A stretch of 63,061 nt of DNA, filler included, from Licmophora abbreviata (Eukaryota): NCBI GenBank assembly GCA_900291995.1. It is 11 parts of 11 records of this genome, joined end to end, with 100 filler letters (N's around TTAATTAATTAA, not from the genome) between each part and the next. Parts side by side here need not be neighbours in the genome. Positions count along the whole stretch, not along the records: positions 6,638 to 21,584 come from OLMU01003250.1; 10 more parts are not named here. The stretch is one strand, 5' to 3'. This document shows positions 11,201-21,230 of this stretch, piece by piece. The position numbers were made by a program, and so were the translations under genes. Below the pieces are notes generated by a model that worked only from the letters and a program-made list of their open reading frames with translations, searched no databases and was not told the origin of the DNA. Every line of letters begins with the position of its first letter. Position 1 is the first letter of the stretch.

Positions 11201-12451
11201 ATGTCGACGACCAGCGAAGAGACACAAGCGCGGTCTATGAAATGCCATCTCCCGCTCCTCTGTTGCTTACCTCCGGCCTGTCTGACCATGCCTGCGTCCC
11301 CGAACTTTCGAATACACTCCTGTTGGTCCAAGGCTGGGCTCGGGACGTCCATTATTATCGAATTCTCGCCTCACCGCAGCAACGGGCAATCGGGCAAGAC
11401 TAATGACACGAAACCGGGTCCTCGAATAGCTCTGGACCTCGGGTCAACCCCCATCTGCGAAGATTCGATCCAAGCTGGCACTGTTCTTCTCACACACTCC
11501 CATATTGATCACGTGGGGGCCATCTTTTCGCACGCCAGGGCGTATTCAATGGTACATGGTGGCGCTGCTGCCACCTACTATGCTCCTGCCGAGGTGATCC
11601 CCTTTCTGGAACAGGCTTGCCAGGCCATGTCAGCGCTGGATAATGCTGTCTTGGATGATGCAAGTGTCAATGATACTACTATTAGAGCTATTCGAAAGTC
11701 AAAGCCTCTTCAGATGAACTTTGTGGGAGTGCGCCCCGGTGACGACATTGATCTGTCTCACCTCAGGAGGACGAATGGAATTCGCGTGTTTGTGCGGGTG
11801 GTGCGAGTCTTTCATGCCGGTTGTCCCGCAGTGGGATATGTGATTGGGACACAACATGCATCAACGCTCAAGCCTGAGTTCAGGGGTGTCCCCAAAGACG
11901 AGATTCGGGCGGCGCTGGCGCAAGGCATTGCGATCAAGATGGAATCTGTCAATATGTTGGAGGTGGCGTATACTGGAGACACAAGTGTTGACACCTTCAT
12001 AAGGAGAAAAGAAGAAGGCGTCGAGATGAGGGACAGTAGTAACTCGTTGTCAGGCAAGAACGCTGTGCACATGCAAGAGCTTTTGCAGTGCCCACTAGTA
12101 CTCGTCGAGTCGACGTTTCTTATGAAAGACGAAGAGGAATTAGCACGCAGACGAGGTCACATGCACTTGCAGGACGTAGTTTCGGAGGTCCTTGCAACAT
12201 CGTCAACTGCCACAGATAGTTCTGACCAGCCCTCGGAACAACAGTATGTATTGACGCATGTGAGCGCAAGGTATGATGCCGGTCAGATCCTCGAACAAAT
12301 GGCCGTTGTGATTCCTCGTCGCCTGTGGTGCCGATGTCATGTTGCCATCTCCTCCCATGTCAAGCCTTCTCATAGATGGAAGCACCTTGTCCGACCGAAT
12401 GGGTGTATATCGCTGTCCCAGTTTATGAAGTGGAGTCAAGATGGCGACTAG
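11201..12451 (+). CDS. tRNase Z short form (metallo-beta-lactamase), TM-type-like
   Basis: THSHIDH, AYTGDT, ESTFL, RGHMH and THVSARY motifs; short flexible arm LKPEFRGVPKDEI. Confidence 0.82.
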   Translation: MSTTSEETQARSMKCHLPLLCCLPPACLTMPASPNFRIHSCWSKAGLGTSIIIEFSPHRSNGQSGKTNDTKPGPRIALDLGSTPICEDSIQAGTVLLTHSHIDHVGAIFSHARAYSMVHGGAAATYYAPAEVIPFLEQACQAMSALDNAVLDDASVNDTTIRAIRKSKPLQMNFVGVRPGDDIDLSHLRRTNGIRVFVRVVRVFHAGCPAVGYVIGTQHASTLKPEFRGVPKDEIRAALAQGIAIKMESVNMLEVAYTGDTSVDTFIRRKEEGVEMRDSSNSLSGKNAVHMQELLQCPLVLVESTFLMKDEEELARRRGHMHLQDVVSEVLATSSTATDSSDQPSEQQYVLTHVSARYDAGQILEQMAVVIPRRLWCRCHVAISSHVKPSHRWKHLVRPNGCISLSQFMKWSQDGD

Positions 12452-12776
12452 AACGGTAGGTCAAGGAGCAGATGACGCGTGCCGCCTCGGTCATGAGCCA
12501 CAGCATGCTACACACCTCTACGGAACCTGCGATGCATTAGAAGGACATCTGGCAGGTACATAGAACTTGAAAGGGTAGAATATTGGTTATGGGAGAATGT
12601 GGTCCTTGTTAAAATTAGAACTGCTCGACGGCGACACTTGACATCACTTTTTAGCGCCGCGCAACGTTGAAGCGCGATACGCGCGCATGCCTACATTCAC
12701 CACACACATCGTCGCGTCGTCCTATCCCCGCCGTCAAAGTGTGTGAGAGACGACTTGTTGTGTCTCCAACTCTCCC

Positions 12777-15344
12777 ATGCCTTCCCCCTATCCACCAACC
12801 ATGCAACAAGAGTCGTCTGCAGTAAACGATCTGTCTCTGGCAGACCTCCGTCGAACGGGAAATAGTCATTTTAACGACGGAGACTACGATGCAGCCCTTG
12901 TCTACTACAATGCTTCTGTGAACGGTGCTGCTGATGCTGTTACCGGCGATGACGATGATGACTCGCCTGATGAGCTTTCATTGCATCTTTGCAACCGATC
13001 GACATGTCTTGGTCAAATGGAACGTTACGAAGAAGCTCTGGAAGACGCACTAAAAGCTGTAGAGCTCGGATCAAGGAGTAGCTCGACCCAAAACATCAAG
13101 GCGTACTTTCGCGTGGGCAAGACGCAACTGGCTCTGAAAGCATACAGTGACTGTATTGAAACATGCCAGAAAGCCTTGGAAGTAACAAAGGAAGATCCGG
13201 CCGTAACCACTGGACAACGCAAGGCCTTTCAAGAGCTCGGACAAGAAGCCCAACGTCTCTTTCAGGAGAGTCTGTCTTCCGGGCTCGACGACGAACGCTT
13301 GTCGTCCATTGTGTCGGTGAAGCGGGGCGTGTCGATTCGAGAGTTCACCAAAGGCAGAGAGCTGGGAGTCGGAAATTTTAGCGAAATTGTCGTTTGTCAG
13401 CATAAAGTCACATCCGAGAAGTTTGCGCTCAAGATTATTGAAAAGAAGCAGGCGGCCGAGCTGGCCAAGCGACAACACCCCAACGTGTACAATGAGATTC
13501 AAATGGAGCGACGTGTCTTGCTCGAACGGCTGAGTCCTCATCCGGCCATTGTTCGCATGCATCATGCGTTTCAAGATTATAATTCTATTTTCTATCTAAT
13601 GCAGCTTCATGAACACTGTGGGGATCTGTGGAGTACTGTGCGCTATCAAAACAAAATGGTCGGATGCCATCGGTCGTTGGCCAAGGTGTACTTGGCTGAG
13701 TTGATTGATGCTCTTGAGCATATACATCAGCACGGTATTATTCACCGAGACTTGAAGCCTGAAAATGTGCTGTTGAACGATCAGGGACATGTGGTGGTCA
13801 TCGATTTTGGTACCGCCAAAGATCTCATTCAGACAGACTTAAACGGACCTGAGTTTGTCGGGACGCCCGATTTCATGTCGCCTGAAGCCGTGAGTGGCAC
13901 TTCAAGCGCCAAGGAAGTACAGGAATTCAAGAATGATGTCCTTGCCGATCATACGGCTGATCTGTGGGGGCTCGGTGCGATTGCGTTTCAGCTTCACACG
14001 GGCATGACGCCTTTCTGGAGCCCGTCGCCGTATTTGACCTTTCTCAAAATCAAACGAGGTAATCTCATGCGACCTTGGGGTATTGCCGAAGATGAGACAT
14101 GGGATTTCATCAGCTCATTGATGAAAGTTGACCCGAAAGAGCGCCTAGGCGCAGACTGTTTTGAGTGTGTCGTCAAACCTCAGCGGAAGATAGTCATGAA
14201 GGAGGGCGGGTACGATTCGCTGCGGAAGCACCCTTACTTTGTGAAAGTAAACGGTATATGCAGCGATGATCCTCAGCTTCCGGGGGATGCCAAAAATAGC
14301 ACTCCGATTCCGACACTTCGCGACCTATGCATTCGCTCCTGTGCCACATTGGTGAGCCAGGATGCGAATGACATTGACGTTTCCGAGAGTCATCCGCCTG
14401 GCGACGGATCCTCCCACGACATGATGCGGCTTGGGAAACGCGATCGGAAGTGCGTCATGCACCTGTTGGACCGTTTAGTACAGCTGAGTGAACCGACTGT
14501 GTACCGCCGATTCTTCGAATCCAATTCGGAATTGAAATTGGGAAAGGTGCGTGAGGCGTCGCGGGACTACGTCGGGTTGTCGCGCATGACGGACAACCAA
14601 GGGCAATTCCCGACCCATGCTCCGGACCAAGATCCCTTCGCAAAACCGATCGAAATGGAGGCGATTCGGATCATGCACTTGTCGAATCCGCTGATGGATC
14701 CTCGAATCAACGAATCATGCTCTGAGGAAGATCGCAAACAGCACATCAAGCTGCTCAAGCGGTGTATAGCCTATATCAACAAGAGTCGTCCAAAGCTTGT
14801 GGTGGCCTGCGGATACGTGGACGAGCGATGTCGCAAACTGCTGGCGCGTGTGAACGACTCGATTCCCGTCGTGTTGGTTGATGGCTCGTGCTTTTTCTCC
14901 TTCTGGCACTCGGGTGTTCAGGGAATCGCGATCGATTCCAGAGAGTGGTTTGCAGAAGGCGTGGGTTCTTCCGGAGACACGGTCGGTACTAATGAGGATC
15001 AGCTGGGTTGGATTCGAGAGGAATTGGAACAGTGTCGAATGTCTAAGCACCAACTGTTTGCTTTTGTGGATTGTGATCCTCGTAAGCTCCCCGAAGCATT
15101 GAAGAAGCGGCTAGCGCGAGGTAGGACACTCTGTCTTTTTGGTCCTTCCAGCGACAAAGCGTACGAAACCAAGTTCCGATACGATGCCCAAGATGACAAC
15201 CGATCAGTGCGATCGACGGACAGCGAGGAAGACGAGCAGGACTCTCATACAATGCGAATCGTCGGAACCAACCAGAATGGACTTCATTGCATGACGATCA
15301 GGGAGCGTGAGTCGTGGACGCTTGACTTTTCGCCAATAGAATAG
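12777..15344 (+). CDS. TPR + PDK1-like Ser/Thr kinase + C-terminal degenerate calcineurin-like phosphoesterase region
   Basis: Three TPRs (GNSHF...YDAALVYY, CNRS...YEEAL, KAYFRVG); kinase motifs LGVGNFS, ALK, HRDLKPEN, DFG, FVGTPDFMSPE. Confidence 0.85.
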   Translation: MPSPYPPTMQQESSAVNDLSLADLRRTGNSHFNDGDYDAALVYYNASVNGAADAVTGDDDDDSPDELSLHLCNRSTCLGQMERYEEALEDALKAVELGSRSSSTQNIKAYFRVGKTQLALKAYSDCIETCQKALEVTKEDPAVTTGQRKAFQELGQEAQRLFQESLSSGLDDERLSSIVSVKRGVSIREFTKGRELGVGNFSEIVVCQHKVTSEKFALKIIEKKQAAELAKRQHPNVYNEIQMERRVLLERLSPHPAIVRMHHAFQDYNSIFYLMQLHEHCGDLWSTVRYQNKMVGCHRSLAKVYLAELIDALEHIHQHGIIHRDLKPENVLLNDQGHVVVIDFGTAKDLIQTDLNGPEFVGTPDFMSPEAVSGTSSAKEVQEFKNDVLADHTADLWGLGAIAFQLHTGMTPFWSPSPYLTFLKIKRGNLMRPWGIAEDETWDFISSLMKVDPKERLGADCFECVVKPQRKIVMKEGGYDSLRKHPYFVKVNGICSDDPQLPGDAKNSTPIPTLRDLCIRSCATLVSQDANDIDVSESHPPGDGSSHDMMRLGKRDRKCVMHLLDRLVQLSEPTVYRRFFESNSELKLGKVREASRDYVGLSRMTDNQGQFPTHAPDQDPFAKPIEMEAIRIMHLSNPLMDPRINESCSEEDRKQHIKLLKRCIAYINKSRPKLVVACGYVDERCRKLLARVNDSIPVVLVDGSCFFSFWHSGVQGIAIDSREWFAEGVGSSGDTVGTNEDQLGWIREELEQCRMSKHQLFAFVDCDPRKLPEALKKRLARGRTLCLFGPSSDKAYETKFRYDAQDDNRSVRSTDSEEDEQDSHTMRIVGTNQNGLHCMTIRERESWTLDFSPIE

Positions 15345-15593
15345 AACTTTGATCTTCTAGTTGGACAATGGATACGATTGCTAATAGATAGAAGCCGATA
15401 TATAATTGTCGTTTGCATGCTGTGTCTGCAGTGTCTCCGGTCTCGTCGATTTTCAACTTGCAATGACACCGTATTCGATTCATTCGAGCCAACAACATGT
15501 CGCGTTTGCACGGCTGAATAGGGATCGCGTTTTCAAATATGCGCTCCTTCTTCTTGAGCAAAACAGCTGGCGTCATCTCTTTGGAACTTTACC

Positions 15594-16355
15594 ATGACGG
15601 TTCAATGCTGCCGCGTCTTCTCGATTGTGATTGCCTGCTTGACAGTGTACACATGTAGTGCGTTCGTTCCGCTGGAGCACAGACGATTCGTCCTTCTGCC
15701 CTGCCTTGCGAGCAGCAATGACGTCGATGTACCTGCATGCATTGAATCTCCTGTCTTATTGCAAGTCTACCCGGCATTGATACAGCACCAGCAGGACTAT
15801 GGAAATCCCAATATTCCTCTGGGAACATCGGAAGGACGGCAGTGCCAGACACTGCGTCGGCTTCAGACGCAGCAAAAACTTTCCGAGCAAGAAGTTGATC
15901 TCCTGACCGACATGGGATTTCAATTCCATTCACTGGAAGATGTCTATCATGAAGTGGACTTTGACGAACTCTATGAACGCTTGTTACTACATAAAGACGA
16001 ATTCGAAGGTGGAGGTTATCAGATTCCGAAAAAGTTCGCTCGTGATCCCGAGCTAGGAGCCTGGGTGACTGGTTTGCGACGCCTAGGTCCGACCCAAGTC
16101 CGACCAGAGCATGCTCAGAAACTCCAGGATATTCAGTTTGCGTGGAAGTCGAATCGCAGGTGTGGGAGTGCGTTCATGAAGCAGTTTCGAGAGATTCGAG
16201 AGCGCGCACTGGAAGAAGGAGAATCAGTGTTACAAACGGATGCATCAATAGCAGCGTGGCTGCAGGCTCAAAAAGAAGCAGACAAGCGAGGGACTCTCAG
16301 TGACACACGGAATCATTACATGGTACAGCTGTTTGGAGACGATTGGAAGGGTTGA
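15594..16355 (+). CDS. Helicase-associated (HA) domain protein, probably plastid-targeted
   Basis: CSAFVP after a signal peptide; HA repeats YGNPNIP...LTDMGF and FDELYERLL...PELGAWVTGLR...LQDIQFAW. Confidence 0.7.
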   Translation: MTVQCCRVFSIVIACLTVYTCSAFVPLEHRRFVLLPCLASSNDVDVPACIESPVLLQVYPALIQHQQDYGNPNIPLGTSEGRQCQTLRRLQTQQKLSEQEVDLLTDMGFQFHSLEDVYHEVDFDELYERLLLHKDEFEGGGYQIPKKFARDPELGAWVTGLRRLGPTQVRPEHAQKLQDIQFAWKSNRRCGSAFMKQFREIRERALEEGESVLQTDASIAAWLQAQKEADKRGTLSDTRNHYMVQLFGDDWKG

Positions 16356-16657
16356 TGAGGACGGAACAAATAATGCAAGATTGAAGTTTAGGCGTGCCGG
16401 TTCAAGAGCATTGCAATCAGTTAGAAACCCGATGCAAATATGGCCGAGTAACACTGTCACGGTGAAGCAAGAGCTCTAAAAATGGAGGGAAAGATAATTG
16501 AAAGTATATATGACTGTATATACCATTGAACAGATTGTTTCGGTGAACATAATCTTGAAATCTCTGCAAGACAAATCTTCAGAACTGCGATCTCGCTTTC
16601 GACGCTGTGTCATCTTGAAGTGTTTGTCCATTGTATTTCTTGGAGACATTCGTAAGC

Positions 16658-17410
16658 ATGCCCCAGAACGATATGTTTGGCAAGGTGTTGAACCCTTATA
16701 TCAAAAAGCGGGGTGACACTTGCCCGCATGACGAGCCGCGAAATGGGAATGACCCAACGCAAAGTTTGGCGCGGAGCCCGGCCGTGATGTATCAGCGAGA
16801 CACTTCCTTTCGAAAGCTCGTCAATCCGTATAAAAAGAAGCAGCCCTCCCAATCTTCTCAATTGGACGGTGATATTTTGGATAATGACGGTATGGACGAG
16901 GGTCTTCTTTTAGCGGCGCTCGAGCGTGCCGAACAGAAATCTGGTCTCACGTCGGCACCGATTGTCTCTACTCATGTGCTGTCCGATTTCGACGACTACT
17001 GGTTGGACGACACCACCCTGCTAGAAACTCTCGCCAATGCCGAAGCAAGCGCGTTGTCAAACATGGATCGAAAGAGGCCTGCGATTGTGTCTACGACTGC
17101 AGTGTCGCCTCCACGGAAGAGACCGGCAAATCCGTACGTTTCCAAACCTCCAGCGAAGACGGTAGTTGTTGTCTCCCCGGCCAAGGAAAAATGCGCTGGG
17201 GTACCAAGCAGCTCCGATGAATTCAGTGACTCTTGTCTAGACGCCGACTCTCTTCTCCAAGCACTGCGACAAGCTGAGACTTCACTGAACCAAACGCCTG
17301 TTCAGCCCAAGTTACCCATTGTCTCGCCTTCCAAGACAACGAGAATCCGAAGGCCAAAGGCGAGACAGAAAAGGGCCTTCTCTGGAAACACAGTAACCCA
17401 AGAGGATTAG
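16658..17410 (+). CDS. Disordered hypothetical protein with 3 NPY motifs and 3 acidic LLxxLxxAE repeats
   Basis: ORF of about 250 aa with internal peptide repeats. Confidence 0.65.
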   Translation: MPQNDMFGKVLNPYIKKRGDTCPHDEPRNGNDPTQSLARSPAVMYQRDTSFRKLVNPYKKKQPSQSSQLDGDILDNDGMDEGLLLAALERAEQKSGLTSAPIVSTHVLSDFDDYWLDDTTLLETLANAEASALSNMDRKRPAIVSTTAVSPPRKRPANPYVSKPPAKTVVVVSPAKEKCAGVPSSSDEFSDSCLDADSLLQALRQAETSLNQTPVQPKLPIVSPSKTTRIRRPKARQKRAFSGNTVTQED

Positions 17411-17457
17411 GCATGTATTGATATGAATTAAAATTCTGTAAAAACCCATATGTCGTA

Positions 17458-19428
17458 TTAGGACTCTCCCATCCACCCGGGATCTACAATATTCATGAAA
17501 CCCACGAAGACGGCATACAAGATGGACGAGAACGTAATGCCGAGAAACACGATGCCCCCGATTCTACTTCTTGCACTGTCGTCTCCCAAACGCACCAGCT
17601 CCTCCTTGGTTCGCGGGAGACACTTGACAAAGAAAATTCCACTTACTTGCAAACATGTTGTCAGCAGGGTAAGGTTGATCATGCCGGAATAGTCTTCCCT
17701 CTGAAACGCGCTTTTCGAAACATCCCAAACTCGAAGTAGCATCGTGCTGAAAGCCGACGACAGAGTCAGCGCGCCGTTGTTTACAGTCGTAAACATGGCG
17801 TAGCTTGCGCCTTCGCTGCCCGTCGGACACAGATGAACCATCATGATGGTGGTCGGCAAGAACTGGATGCCACCGAGGAACTCTGCAAACGCGTCGTCGC
17901 CCAGCGCAAACCAGAACGGTTTCAAACCAAAAGTTATACCTTGAATCAATAGAATTTGCAGAAGCGACGCCACGCCGTTCAAAAGAGTCGTGAGAACGTA
18001 GACGCTTCTCCAGCTCCAGTGAATTAGACAGTACTTGTAACACATGACTCCCAAGTACAACAAAATATAGGCAACCATGAGGATGGCGTTCAGCTGTGTT
18101 GATGTGAAATTCAAGGCCGTCTTTAGGAACTGTTTCCAGGCTGCATTACCAATCTGTAGCACGTTGTAGAAAAAGACCTAGTGGACGGAAGCGATGGCGC
18201 CGTGTCAGAGGATTTCAAGAGTTCCAGAGGCACTTCTACAGAGTTCTCGTCACAATCGTGTAAAAAGACTCACAAAACCCATGGGCTGCCATACAGCACG
18301 ACTACAGACAGTGTTGAAGATCTCGTGGCACTGTGCTTTCACCGGCATCACCTCGGTCTGTTTGTGCTCGCGCAAGTAGTACACCAGAGGCAGAATGAAC
18401 AATGGGAATAGCATCATGAGCGTGACAATGACGTGAGGACCACCATCGCCACTTTGATAGAGCCACGTGGAGAGAGGAGCCGCCACCATGAGTCCAAAGA
18501 ACCTACAAGCATAGCAGGTGGACTGCAAGTGTCCTCGCTGATCGACGGGTTCCAGTTTCGCCTTTTCCGCAACGACACTGTCCGCCATGACGTCGGCCCA
18601 CCAAAAGCCGGTACCGAACAAGAGTGTCGTGAGGGACAAGAAAGGAATCGAAGGTCTTTCATCTTCTTCTGCGTCCAGTCTCACGTTGCTGCCGCCCAAA
18701 AGAAGCATCATACTGAAACTGGCGAGGGCCCACCCAATCAACATGTACGACTTTCTTCGAAACGAACAGAGCGGCACGGTATCACTGACAAAGCCAAAGA
18801 GCAGCTTGAAAGATGCGGGCAGACTTCGAAGTGTCGACAAGGTAACTTGCTGTGCTTCGCTAGCCCCCAAGTCGAGAGGATATACATTGAGCCAGGCGGA
18901 AGAGAGGCCTTGGAGTATTCCTACGAGCAGATAGCAGGTCGGAATGGCAATATTGACCAGTCGAAAGAGCTGAAGTTCGTACGGCTGTGCTGGAGGGTAC
19001 ATCCAGTCTAAAAAGAAAGAGCCAGTCGGCTTCATGGTGTGAATCATGATTCCGTCGTTTTCATCGTCGTCGGCGTCCTCCAAGGCCGCATAGTCGGGCC
19101 GGAGAGGACGCAGTTCGAGCTCCGTTGGACTGGCGGCGTTTCCTTGCTTTTCCAGCTCGTCCATAGGAATCTCGTGGTCATTGCGGGCGTGAAACGAGTG
19201 CGGTGGTGATGAGCTAGTCCGAGCCGCCTCGTAGCCACCGTTTCTAGAAGTAGAAGAAGGAAACGCTGCAGCGGCTGTACTCGAAGCACCGCCATTGCTG
19301 ATGCTGCCAGTGGTTCCCCTAGATTGTGGACTTCTCCGATTGTAAATACCATCCTGACTCACGGATAAGGCCAGCAAGCTTGGCTCATCCTCGGGGGACA
19401 AATTCGTGGCTGTTAGGATCTTCGTCAT
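17458..19428 (-). CDS. Folate-biopterin transporter (BT1/FBT, MFS); intron 18178-18273
   Basis: LPASFKLLFGFVSD...RRKSYM, ADVMAD and CPTGSEGASYAMFTTVNN; splice gives WQPMGF|VFFYNVLQ. Confidence 0.9.
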
Positions 19429-19669
19429 GTCGATGGCGAGGATATGACAGGAAGGGTAGTACACGACACTGATGCAGTGTGCGACTGTGCAATGCCATGA
19501 GCCATGACCCCGCGTATTTTCAGGGCGTCTTACGATGAGAGCTCTTTCTATCAGTATTCACATCACGAGCTCGAGATGTCGTAGACAAATATGGCATTGA
19601 TGATGATGACGGTCAACCATGATGCATGGTGCTCTATGACATTCCGGATGCTTCCTTTGTTCTCCCTCT

Positions 19670-21049
19670 ATGGATGAAACCATGCCCCGAGCAGACGCCA
19701 TCCTATGTTACCTTTTGATTTCTCTTGACTGGAGAGTGTCTTTCGCGTTTGTCGCCACGCGTCGTTTGTTTTCCGTGTCACCGCCTGAGTTTCGAAGAAT
19801 CATGGTGATGGGCAAGGATGGGCGATATCGTCCATCATGCATCATCACGTCGCCGGTAGTCCAGTGTACGGTGAAGAAGAAAGGACAGAAGGATGAGTCA
19901 TCGGAGAGCGACATCCAGAATGATACAAAAGCTGCTCTCCAACTCCTCATGAACCTGGCCATGTCGCACGTCGTCTCTCAGGCCTTGCGTACAGTCACCC
20001 AGCTCCAAATTCCAGACATGCTACAGGAAGGTCCGTTGACGGTCGATGACATTGTAGCGATACACCAAGATAGAGGGCAAGATGAAAGTTTCAGACCCAA
20101 TAGGAATGCTCTCTTGAAGCTAATGCGTGTTCTGGCTGCAGCGGGGATCTTTAGCGAGAAAGCCTCTTTTTCCACCACCACCAGAACAGTCAGCCAGCCC
20201 ACTTTTCGGCTGACTACGGCAGGCAGTCTCCTTCAACAGGATCATGAACACAAACACAGCGGTGCATCTAGTATGATTCTTCATCTGCTCGAAGAACCTC
20301 TTTGGAATGCTTGGGCCCAAGTGCCAAACTATGTGGCTGGTTGCTCTTCTGCCGCTGGACTTCCCTTTGATACCGCCAATGGCAACCAATCAGCCTCTCA
20401 CTATTACAGTACTCATGTAGAGTCCTTGGAGCATGCCAATCACTTTGTAAAATGGATAGCTTCTCTTGAGATCGAGGCATGTGTACAGGGCTTTGACTGG
20501 AGTACACTGTCAAATAGGACCGTGGTAGATCTCGGGGGACACTACGGTGAAGTTATGGAAGCGGTCAAGATGGAGTACCCGACTGTGGCGTGTGTTTGTC
20601 TGGATCTACCGCGAGTGACTCAAGATCGTGCTAAGGCATCTTCGGGATCTTCTTGTAGTAGCAGTACTGTACGATATGTGGAGGGAGACATGTTTGACCC
20701 GGCGACGATTCCGAGCTGCGATGCCATTTTCATGAAACACATTGTCCTGTGCGATTGGGAAGAGTCGGACTCCAAGAGAATATTGGAAAGCTGCCGTCGA
20801 GTATTGCCTAGAGACGGTATTGTTATCATTGCGGAGGCAGTTCTGCCTGATGCTGGTGAGGCGGCCAACGGAGGCCAGCTGCCTCTTCTCGCGGACGCGC
20901 TCATGATGGTAGTAGGACGTGAAGGGGCCAGGACGGTCGCCGAATGGGATGAGTTTGCCCGAAGCTGTGGGTTTCGGGTCGATAGTGTAGCACCCACGTC
21001 AGTGCCCACCTGCTCTATTATCGTTCTAAGAGTTGTTAAAGACTCGTAA
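19670..21049 (+). CDS. SAM-dependent O-methyltransferase (Methyltransf_2 with dimerisation domain)
   Basis: VVDLGGHYG, LDLP, GDMF and EGARTVAEW motifs; N-terminal winged helix (LMRVLAAAGIF); possible bipartite presequence. Confidence 0.85.
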   Translation: MDETMPRADAILCYLLISLDWRVSFAFVATRRLFSVSPPEFRRIMVMGKDGRYRPSCIITSPVVQCTVKKKGQKDESSESDIQNDTKAALQLLMNLAMSHVVSQALRTVTQLQIPDMLQEGPLTVDDIVAIHQDRGQDESFRPNRNALLKLMRVLAAAGIFSEKASFSTTTRTVSQPTFRLTTAGSLLQQDHEHKHSGASSMILHLLEEPLWNAWAQVPNYVAGCSSAAGLPFDTANGNQSASHYYSTHVESLEHANHFVKWIASLEIEACVQGFDWSTLSNRTVVDLGGHYGEVMEAVKMEYPTVACVCLDLPRVTQDRAKASSGSSCSSSTVRYVEGDMFDPATIPSCDAIFMKHIVLCDWEESDSKRILESCRRVLPRDGIVIIAEAVLPDAGEAANGGQLPLLADALMMVVGREGARTVAEWDEFARSCGFRVDSVAPTSVPTCSIIVLRVVKDS

Positions 21050-21230
21050 AAGTCTAGAATGGAGCAGTAGAGGATGAATAGAGTGTGAGAGGCGCAAGAG
21101 GCGCGAACTCGTGTTCAAAGATGGATGCTACGCGCCGGGCGAGACGAGGTGTTCTCGTGCAACGAATCCTGGCGCGCCATTTCAGTTTTCGTTGCACTTT
21201 TCTCGACGACAAACCTGTTGGCCAACGACC

